Source: Pseudomonadales bacterium (lineage in GTDB: Bacteria; Pseudomonadota; Gammaproteobacteria; Pseudomonadales; Azotimanducaceae). Taken from it: a DNA stretch of 64,000 nucleotides. The notes under the pieces are model-generated. The model was not told where the DNA came from and made no database searches. It was given only the letters and a program-made list of their open reading frames with translations. The stretch is taken from positions 689,907 through 753,906 of the forward strand of contig OZ220466.1 of the NCBI GenBank assembly GCA_965116055.1, read 5' to 3'. The first letter of the stretch is position 1; each line of letters begins with the position of its first letter. Below, in pieces: positions 52,416 through 64,000 of the stretch. The translations under genes and the position numbers were made by a program.

Positions 52416-52443
52416 TTGCATCGCGAGTTGTTGTTCCTATAAT
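52416..52443 (+). promoter_or_regulatory. rrn promoter (sigma-70 type): TTGCAT -16 nt- TATAAT
   Basis: Read directly. The -35 TTGCAT is at 52416-52421 and the -10 TATAAT is at 52438-52443, ~180 nt upstream of the mature 16S 5' end. Confidence 0.6.
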
Positions 52444-52496
52444 CTCTAACCCTTATGTCGAAGGTGGCAGGCTTTCTTGCCGCCTGCGAACAAGGA

Positions 52497-52509
52497 TGCT
52501 CTTTAACAA
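52497..52509 (+). promoter_or_regulatory. rrn leader boxA antitermination element (TGCTCTTTAACAA), preceded by a boxB-like hairpin
   Basis: Exact match to the E. coli rrn boxA consensus. The hairpin GGCAGGCTTTCTTGCC lies just upstream. A second boxA-like GATCTTTAACAA lies in the spacer before the 23S (about 54494-54510). Confidence 0.75.
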
Positions 52510-52624
52510 TTGGAACTTTCCATTCGTGTGGGCGCTCGATTCATTGAGCTGAGAACGCAAACCAATTCGCTTGTGACTTGAGACTCCGTTAGGAGAGCTT
52601 GGGTACGCGAGCAAACCAATCTTT

Positions 52625-54160
<1,536 letters not shown>

Positions 54161-54268
54161 ACCTAACGGCCGGCGACTGTCGCTTGGCGACGGGACGCAC
54201 GGTCCAGTTCGACGCTCGTGCGTTGAGCGTTCACATGAATGGATAGTTCCATATGAAACGACGCCGTG

Positions 54269-54345
<77 letters not shown>

Positions 54346-54373
54346 TAAGGCGCGCTGCGCCGAAGAAATAGAT

Positions 54374-54449
54374 GGGGCCGTAGCTCAGCTGGGAGAGCGG
54401 TTGCTTTGCACGCAACAGGTCAGGAGTTCGATCCTCCTCGGCTCCACCA
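54374..54449 (+). tRNA. tRNA-Ala (UGC) in rrn spacer
   Basis: GGGGCCGTAGCTCAGCTGGGAGAGCGGTTGCTTTGCACGCAAC...CTCCACCA. The G3:U70 identity pair is present. Confidence 0.95.
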
Positions 54450-54675
54450 TGATGTCGCCGTTTTAACAATGCACAACATAACATGGTGCGTTTGATCTTT
54501 AACAATTCAGGAATCAATTGATTCACCGCAAGTAGAAATGCCAGGAATAGCTTTTGCTTTTTGGAAAAGCTATTCCGTGAGCCGCGTGAGCGGCTCGTTG
54601 GTGTCTGGCGAACAAGATCGTCGTCACAAGCGATTGCGATCGGGTGTTCGGTTTCGACTGAGCATCGGGTTATAT

Positions 54676-57593
<2,918 letters not shown>

Positions 57594-57677
57594 ATAACCG
57601 GATGTTCATTTATCCGGGCGTTTTGTCAGACAGGCATTTGTACTGGCTTTAATGTGGATTGATTGATTCCTGCACTT

Positions 57678-57797
57678 TGACCTGACGATCATAGCGAGTT
57701 GGTACCACCTGAACCCATTCCGAACTCAGTAGTGAAACGGCTCTGCGCCAATGGTAGTGTGGGGTTTCCCCACGTGAGAGTAGGTCGTTGTCAGGTC
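57678..57797 (+). rRNA. rrf: 5S ribosomal RNA
   Basis: Aligns with E. coli 5S (CCACCTGAACCCATTCCGAACTCAGTAGTGAAACG...GGTAGTGTGGGGTTTCCCCACGTGAGAGTAGG). The ends are approximate to within a few nt. Confidence 0.92.
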
Positions 57798-57806
57798 TTT
57801 TCTTAG

Positions 57807-57845
57807 AACCCCGACAGGTTAACCTGATCGGGGTTTTGTGTTTTA
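57807..57845 (+). terminator. rrn operon rho-independent terminator
   Basis: AACCCCGA...TCGGGGTT stem followed by TTTGTGTTTT, immediately after the 5S. Confidence 0.7.
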
Positions 57846-57976
57846 GAGTCTGCTTAATAAACAGTTGTGAGTCTAGCTTTGATGTGAATAACCTGAAAAG
57901 AAATAGAAAGGATCCGAGCTTGATGGATCCACGATCCTATACTCATCGCTTTCCAAGAATTTACGTATGACTTCAT

Positions 57977-58498
57977 TCAGTGGGACCGTAAACTAGCCAG
58001 GATCTTGCGCAGTCCAGATATAACAATGAGTATCAGCGCCAAAACCAGGCTGCCACCATTAAGCGAGTGCTTCATCATTGTGAAGGTAGATGCCCATGTA
58101 ACTTGTGTCGAATTGATGTCGGGATATTGAATAAGCATCGTTGTGATCTGGACATTCTCAAGCAGGTCACACATACCGGCGAAGACTGGAATGAATGCTA
58201 GCCACCGTAATGAATCTGTTGGGCGGAAGCGATAGATTAGGCCTGAGAAGCAAGTGATATAAACAAGTGGTAACAAGGTATCAATTGTCATACTTGACCA
58301 TGCATAGTTAGTCCTGCCGACATCACCGTAACTACCAAGTGTGGACATGGCAACATCAAATGAGTAGTTGAACATCACGTCTAGCATTTGTCCGTGGATC
58401 GGTAAATTTGGGATAATGAAGAAAAGAATCAAGATCGTGGCTATGCCGGTTCCAACTAAGGTACCGTTTTTAGCTGCTATCTCAAGATAGGCTCTCAT
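57977..58498 (-). CDS. Small polytopic membrane protein, unknown function
   Basis: 173-aa ORF with ~5 hydrophobic helices in low-GC DNA. No motif recognised. Confidence 0.5.
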   Translation of the reverse strand: MRAYLEIAAKNGTLVGTGIATILILFFIIPNLPIHGQMLDVMFNYSFDVAMSTLGSYGDVGRTNYAWSSMTIDTLLPLVYITCFSGLIYRFRPTDSLRWLAFIPVFAGMCDLLENVQITTMLIQYPDINSTQVTWASTFTMMKHSLNGGSLVLALILIVISGLRKILASLRSH

Positions 58499-58987
58499 CT
58501 CACCTTTCGAAGCTCAATGCATACAGTCTAGTATTATGGTATATCGGGCTACCTACGTACTTATCGAACTAGGGTCATAGTATCCAAAACTGGATTAAAC
58601 GGATGATGCAAGGATACCCTATCCGAAACATCCGGCGATTGAGTGCAGTGAATGATTTGTTGATGCTCAAAGGACATGGCTCTATCTCACAGGGATGCCT
58701 GGAAGTAAATTCGCTAGTATGGTTCATCTATATCGTTGGTGTTACCAATTAATTGGGGCGAGGGGACGAAGGGCGCTAGGAGCCAGCGCCTTAGAAAATT
58801 TCCCGGGATAAAATTAGGAAAATATATCTTCTATAGAGATAGTCAGTAAGATAATCTACATGAAAAATAAATATGATAGTATATCCTATTCACTGGATAC
58901 TAAATCGTTTTGCGACGCAGGCTTATAGCTAACGCTAGACGCGCTACAAAAGCATGCTGTGAGAAATATGTTTCTGTAATGAATGTC

Positions 58988-59470
58988 TTAGGGAACTAGT
59001 TTGTTGCGCTGGACCCGGACAAGGACCAGAGTCGAGTCCACCACCTGACCTCCGCGCATCTCGTAACCCTGCTCGCGCAACTGCGCTTCAACATCCTCAA
59101 ACAACTCCCGCATGGTGTTCTCGTCCAGCGCGTCACGATACCGCGCAATGGTCTGCCGTGAAGGTAGTGGTTGACCTGGTACCACATCGAGAAACCGGGT
59201 GACGCTACGGGAATCAAGCACCGCATAGGCCATTTTCTCACACGACAGGTTGCCCATCCGACCAATGAGCAGCACCTTGAACATCATCACCACGTCATAC
59301 GCAGGACGACCGCCTTGCGATGGGTCGGCGGCTTCATGACGCCAACACGCTTCCAGGATCGGCCGAAACCTCTCAAAATCAACCAATTGTTTCATCTGCT
59401 CCAATGGGTCGCCGAGTTGATCAAGTTCTTCGTAGGCTTCCCGTGCACTAAAAAGTTTTGATTTGGTCAT
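58988..59470 (-). mobile_element. IS5/IS1182-type transposase, N-terminal (DUF772-like) fragment without DDE domain
   Basis: FERFRPILE......GGRPAYDVVMMFKVLLIGRMGNLSCEKMAYAVLDSRSVTRFL....PLPSRQTIARYRDAL...RELFEDV...L...G.....GQVVDSTLV matches the conserved N-terminal region of IS5-family transposases. The ORF ends where the DDE catalytic core should begin. No terminal inverted repeats were identified. Confidence 0.72.
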
Positions 59471-59791
59471 GATGGTTGAGGAACTCATAGACAGGTGAAA
59501 GGTTGTAAATATACCCTCACAAAGTGCATTGGCAAGGCGAAGGTCACTTTTTGCCATCCCGCAGAGTCAGATGACATAGCCATGAAAAGAGGAGGTTTTG
59601 AGGGGTGCCTTTATGCTTATGTCGCTTTCTACGGTACCTGTCCTGTGCTATCTTGATCGCGTTAACACACAGGAGCAAAACGATTGATACTGATCTTCTG
59701 ATCACTTGTATTGTAAAATAATAACTAGCCCATAACTCTCTAGCTGGGTCGGGCGCTAAATTCACTATTACTGAGCACTGAGAGGATTCAA

Positions 59792-61609
59792 ATGGATTGC
59801 ACATTTATGCGTATAACTGACGTACTAAAAGCCTTTTACGTTGTCCCTGATTTTCAGAGAGATTATGTATGGAAGGAAGATAACGTCGTCACCTTATTAG
59901 GAGATATCAAGACAAGCCTAGATTCTTTAGAACCAGGCGATACAAGTGATGACGACATTTATTTTATAGGATCCATGGTCGTCTTTGCACACGGTTCGAA
60001 AGCTAATAGCAAGTTTTTACTTATAGATGGGCAGCAGAGGATGACTACCCTTTTTCTCCTATTTTGTGCTATAAAGAATAGACAAATTGAGAAAGGGTTG
60101 AATGTACCCAGCTGGCTAACCGGTATGCTTCATTCGGCGGAGCCAGGTCCAGATGGCCAAGATGAGGTGACGTATCGGCTAGAGCTAAATTACAAAAGAA
60201 ACCAGGAATTGCTTGAAGGCGCATTTAATGGAAAATTACTTAATGAGCCCAAATCTGCACTACAGAAATCGCAACAGAATATCATTGATGCTTACGATTA
60301 TATATATTGTTATCTTAAAGATAATGACGACATAGATTCTGACCTCTTAGTTTTCGCTACACGCATTCGGTCACACGTCGGGTTAGTAAGAATAGAAGCC
60401 GACGATCTACAAAAAGCAATGATCGTCTTTGATACCCTCAACTATCGCGGTGTAGAACTTGATGGATTTGATTTGCTTAAAAATATGCTTTACACCAAGG
60501 CAGAAAATGAAAACAAAACACAACGTTTGACGCAGCATTGGGATGAAATTAAAGAAAATTTAAGCTACAGAGGGGTTAAACCTATGAGATTTCTAAGATA
60601 CTTTATTGTTAGTATCGATAAATCGCTCTTAGGTCGACCACCAACTGAAAAAAAGGCTTTTGGGTGGTTTCAAAATGCTAACAATCGTTCAAAACACAAT
60701 ATTAATAGTGATCCCGTGCGATTTGCCGAGAGACTCAGTACGGCTTCCTCGTACTACAAACGTTTACTATTTGACAGCATTGACCATAACGGGCAACACT
60801 CTACTGCATTAGATTCTTTAAATTCAATCGTTGGGTCGAGTGGTCGCCAGCACATGGGGTTGATGTTGACAGCTATCAACAAAAATTGTCCATCAAACTT
60901 ATTTGAAATCATAGTCCGTTGTGTTGAGTCTGTTTTATTTTATAGCTTTTCGACAAAACTTAGAAGCCAAGAACTTGAAACCCTTCTAGCACATTGGACA
61001 AACAAACTCCAAAATATTGACGTCTTGAATCAAGAGTGCGTACATGAATTTGTTCAAGGGATTAAAAGAGATATGGAGGATATTGTTGATCGGTTCTATC
61101 AAGGGTTTGAGAATTTTGGCCAAGATGTAGTTTCACAAAAATATCGCCAGAAATACATATTGGCAAAATACCTTAAATTTGGCGAGCCTAAAAAACCAGA
61201 TCTATTTATCAGTCATATTATGAAGAACAAAGAACTCGAAATCGAGCATGTCTATCCTCGGAATCCATCTTCCGATGCGCGTCGGGAATTTCAGATATCT
61301 GGTAATCCTAAACCTGAATCCGAAGAAGAAATGAAATGTATCGGTCTACTGGCGAACCTGTTGTTGATGGAAGGATTTCAGAATAAAGCAGTGTCAAACA
61401 AAGCCTATTCAAAAAAGAAAGGGCACTATGCAGATTCAAATTTCTGGATGGTTAAGAAATTTGCAAATGCAACCCCCAATACTACAGCGTCCATGACACA
61501 TTCACTACAGAAATGGCCTACGCATGCTTCATGGAATTTTGAAGAACTTAAGCGTAGACAAATGGAATACGCCAAAATTGCCAGGAAAATCTGGAACTTT
61601 GGCCTCTAA
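59792..61609 (+). CDS. GmrSD-family type IV (modification-dependent) restriction endonuclease, DUF262 + DUF1524
   Basis: The N-terminal ParB-like DUF262 motifs are VPDFQRDYVW and LLIDGQQRMTTLFLL. The C-terminal His-Me/HNH-like DUF1524 motifs are ELEIEHVYPRNP and NLLLMEGFQNKAVSNKAYSKK. ~37% G+C (a sample line at 60241 is 22/60). Confidence 0.8.
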   Translation: MDCTFMRITDVLKAFYVVPDFQRDYVWKEDNVVTLLGDIKTSLDSLEPGDTSDDDIYFIGSMVVFAHGSKANSKFLLIDGQQRMTTLFLLFCAIKNRQIEKGLNVPSWLTGMLHSAEPGPDGQDEVTYRLELNYKRNQELLEGAFNGKLLNEPKSALQKSQQNIIDAYDYIYCYLKDNDDIDSDLLVFATRIRSHVGLVRIEADDLQKAMIVFDTLNYRGVELDGFDLLKNMLYTKAENENKTQRLTQHWDEIKENLSYRGVKPMRFLRYFIVSIDKSLLGRPPTEKKAFGWFQNANNRSKHNINSDPVRFAERLSTASSYYKRLLFDSIDHNGQHSTALDSLNSIVGSSGRQHMGLMLTAINKNCPSNLFEIIVRCVESVLFYSFSTKLRSQELETLLAHWTNKLQNIDVLNQECVHEFVQGIKRDMEDIVDRFYQGFENFGQDVVSQKYRQKYILAKYLKFGEPKKPDLFISHIMKNKELEIEHVYPRNPSSDARREFQISGNPKPESEEEMKCIGLLANLLLMEGFQNKAVSNKAYSKKKGHYADSNFWMVKKFANATPNTTASMTHSLQKWPTHASWNFEELKRRQMEYAKIARKIWNFGL

Positions 61610-61842
61610 CCGAAAACCTAGCCAATTAGGCTTCTTTGCTCATAGCCGAATGAAAGATACCTCCTAAAACCCCAGTTCCATTGACCATGGTATCTATTAA
61701 AATATTGACTTTATTAATTTATCAATTTTTAGATAATCAACTCCAAGATCAATTTTAGGAGGGTTTGAGAGGTGCCATGAAAACAAAGATCATTCTTTAT
61801 TCTATAATCAAATTTCTGCTTTATTGATCTGCGTGAAAGACC

Positions 61843-63141
61843 ATGTCGGAGTTACCTCATGCTGATGGCGTGATACCATCTGAGTTTCATCCTGACAATA
61901 TCGCTGCGCTCTCAAATGAGGAAGCGCAATTGCAAGATGCTAAGTGGTTCAGGTCCGGTGAGCCATTTCGTTCCATGCACAAGAACAATCCATGGTTAAG
62001 ACCTCCTGTCGGTGGTAATGGCGTACCCTCAACTCGTCCTGCTGAATCCTTGACCGAAGAAATCCCGTGCCCTCTATTCGAGGCAGGACGCGGTGCAGAG
62101 GGTGGTGGCTTGAACGGTACGCCATACTACGATACGACCGTCATTCGAAAGCACAACTATTGGCGTAAATTCGACGATCTACCACATGAAACCAAGGACA
62201 TTAATAAGGCCCGTCAAGATTTAGACAAGTACGGCTTTTGCCTGATCGAAGATGCGATGAGTGAGTATCAACGATCATATATGCGGGATCGGCTTGAACG
62301 ACAAGCCGAAGCGGAAAGGGCGTGTGGCTTGGCTGATATGACGCCGCATTTTCACATCATGTGGACATTGGTTAACAAGGGCGACTGCTTCGCAAAATGC
62401 ATCGAATTTGATCCCGAGTGGGTTCAAGGGGGACCGATGATTGAGCAGTTGAATTTCGAACTGCTTGGTCCGGGGCATTACGCCTATTCATTTGCCTCGA
62501 ACATCGCCCGTCCAGGTAGTTATCCCCAGAACCTGCATCAGGACTCTGGTGCTATTCACCCAATTCAAACTCCGCATGCCCCAATCTTGGTCAACACCGT
62601 GTACATCATGCAGGATGTCAGTGATGTCAATGGTGGTACGCTTGTGATCCCAACCAGTCATCGTCTTGTGGCGAACACGAAACCTGGTGAAGAGGTGGGG
62701 CCATTACCACCGGCAATCAATGTCGAAGCTAAAGGCGGCACGGTCATGTTGATGGACGGTCGGTTACTTCACGGCACTGGCGTGAATCACACTGACGAGT
62801 GGCGATACATCATGACTAACTCGAACGTCAAGCCGTGGCTACGGCAACAAGAGAACTGGCAGCTTTCGATTGATCCCGAGGTGCTTGAGAATGCATCCGA
62901 GAAACTCCTACAACGGATGGGGTACTACTCATCCGGTTTGCTTGAAATTGCCACCTATTCAGGGCCGAAAACTACCGTTGAAACCCGTTTAGCGATGGAT
63001 CGAGGTGAGTACAAACGGATCCGCGCTATGGACTTGCCGGTGTGCGAGGATACGAAGTCGGAATTGACAATCTATAAGATGAAACAGAAAATCGACGTCG
63101 CTCGTTCGGCTAAGCGCGAGGCAAAAACGAACGCATACTAG
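61843..63141 (+). CDS. Phytanoyl-CoA dioxygenase (PhyH)-family Fe(II)/2-oxoglutarate oxygenase
   Basis: HxD facial-triad element NLHQDSG, VYIMQDVSDVNGGTLVIPTSH, the distal His in MDGRLLHGTG, and R in EWRY. The ~110-aa N-terminal region is unassigned. Confidence 0.7.
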   Translation: MSELPHADGVIPSEFHPDNIAALSNEEAQLQDAKWFRSGEPFRSMHKNNPWLRPPVGGNGVPSTRPAESLTEEIPCPLFEAGRGAEGGGLNGTPYYDTTVIRKHNYWRKFDDLPHETKDINKARQDLDKYGFCLIEDAMSEYQRSYMRDRLERQAEAERACGLADMTPHFHIMWTLVNKGDCFAKCIEFDPEWVQGGPMIEQLNFELLGPGHYAYSFASNIARPGSYPQNLHQDSGAIHPIQTPHAPILVNTVYIMQDVSDVNGGTLVIPTSHRLVANTKPGEEVGPLPPAINVEAKGGTVMLMDGRLLHGTGVNHTDEWRYIMTNSNVKPWLRQQENWQLSIDPEVLENASEKLLQRMGYYSSGLLEIATYSGPKTTVETRLAMDRGEYKRIRAMDLPVCEDTKSELTIYKMKQKIDVARSAKREAKTNAY

Positions 63142-63152
63142 CCGGTTAGGCG

Positions 63153-64000
63153 TTAACTCCTACTCGGTAGCTCAATCGTTGCCGATGCATAAGCTGTTGC
63201 CAAGCTTGCTTGGTTTCGATTTTCAATGGACAATTCCACGAAGTGTTTTCCATTGTTCTCGTACTTATTCGCAATTCGACCGATCACTGTATTCGTGTCG
63301 CCAACGACATTCGGATGGCGAATTGACGCATGCAGTTTTTTGAGTGTGCCATAGTCTCCCATCCAATCTGTCGCCGCTTGCGCTAGCCAACAGACTCGTT
63401 GCGGCCCGTAGTCAAACTGACCTGGCATGTTGCGACGTTTTTCCGCATGCTCCTTATCGAACCGTCCGCCTCCGCCTAAATCAATGGATCCTTCTGCTGC
63501 CAATGCGGTTCGCGTGCTACGACCGGTGCCGAGTACACCGTGCGTGAATAAAAATAGCTCTGTCACAGAGTACGTCCCTTTCCTTAGAGGGTCGAGCTCA
63601 TCACCAATTTCGACATCTTCCCAAAACCGTTTTTCCTTTCCTTGTCGTTGACGCTCGAATACGAGTGGATCGGCAGGCACAATGTGGTGTTCTGACATTT
63701 GTTCTGCTTCGCGAGTGTACGACAATGTTCTCCCGGTGTTTTGGTAGCGTGCCATTAACGTTTTTATCGTCGCAACAACTTCCTTGCGCTGATTTGTAAA
63801 GACCACGTGACCGGTATTGAAATTGATCGGACCAATACGCGCGCTGGTCTTTCTCATCGTTTCGCCAACGGTTTCCATTGCTGTAATCGTGTCGTCGCGC
63901 CATATCGGCCTAACGAAATCAATTTCAGCTCCCGCGTAATTCACGGGTAGATATTGGGTATTGACGCGCGCCCGATCAATCGCACCTGTTTCACCTGCAA
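63153..64000 (-). CDS. MaoC-like / double hot-dog acyl dehydratase family protein, 5' end beyond window
   Basis: The C-terminal half (WEDVEIGDEL......YSVTELFLF...FDYGPQR..W....TDWMGD.G.LKKL...IR.PN..GDT......I) resembles MaoC/hot-dog hydratases. The reading frame stays open upstream of the listed Met to the window end. Confidence 0.55.
   Translation of the reverse strand, partial: AGETGAIDRARVNTQYLPVNYAGAEIDFVRPIWRDDTITAMETVGETMRKTSARIGPINFNTGHVVFTNQRKEVVATIKTLMARYQNTGRTLSYTREAEQMSEHHIVPADPLVFERQRQGKEKRFWEDVEIGDELDPLRKGTYSVTELFLFTHGVLGTGRSTRTALAAEGSIDLGGGGRFDKEHAEKRRNMPGQFDYGPQRVCWLAQAATDWMGDYGTLKKLHASIRHPNVVGDTNTVIGRIANKYENNGKHFVELSIENRNQASLATAYASATIELPSRS

Overview
This is a 64-kb chromosomal segment of a gammaproteobacterium. 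Hand counts of sample 60-nt lines give a backbone of about 50% G+C. The gene order matches the Pseudomonas/E. coli-type housekeeping backbone. It runs dnaK-dnaJ-dapB-carA-carB-greA-ftsH-glmM-tpiA-secG-tRNA-Leu, then tRNA-fMet-rimP-nusA-infB-rbfA-truB-rpsO-pnp. After that come acs-pgi-panC-panB-pcnB-gluQ-dksA / sfsA, a PfkB kinase, hemL-hemJ, a ClC-like gene, erpA, anmK, an M23 peptidase and tyrS. One complete rrn operon follows (16S-tRNAIle-tRNAAla-23S-5S). Two compositionally foreign inserts interrupt this backbone. (1) An ~11.4-kb island of ~62% G+C (13.64-25.0 kb) sits exactly between tRNA-Leu(GAG) and the initiator-type tRNA-Met. It holds a truncated P4-type integrase stub, four translationally coupled genes and a frameshifted, 5'-truncated OLD-family (ATPase-Toprim) nuclease remnant. 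The four genes encode a DUF4338/DruA-like protein, a P-loop NTPase, a protein with no recognisable motif, and a 1591-aa protein. The 1591-aa protein has a PD-(D/E)xK-like motif and a complete C-terminal RuvB-like AAA+ module. No modification enzyme is visible in the island. I consider this four-gene operon the best candidate for an undescribed defence/anti-MGE system. (2) A ~3.8-kb low-GC (~37%) islet lies just downstream of the 5S rRNA. It contains a DUF262-DUF1524 (GmrSD-type) type IV restriction enzyme, an IS5-family transposase N-terminal remnant and a small membrane protein. Other oddities: DksA carries a ~380-aa K/T/A/S-rich basic N-terminal extension. folP, folK and rlmE are absent from their conserved syntenic slots. 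The 16S rRNA has compensated substitutions in the EUB338/341F hairpin and next to the decoding-site A1408. The ClC homologue lacks both canonical glutamates. The initiator tRNA has a pairable U1:A72. No CRISPR array and no intact IS were seen. All homology statements come from reading the translations and motif memory. No database search was run.
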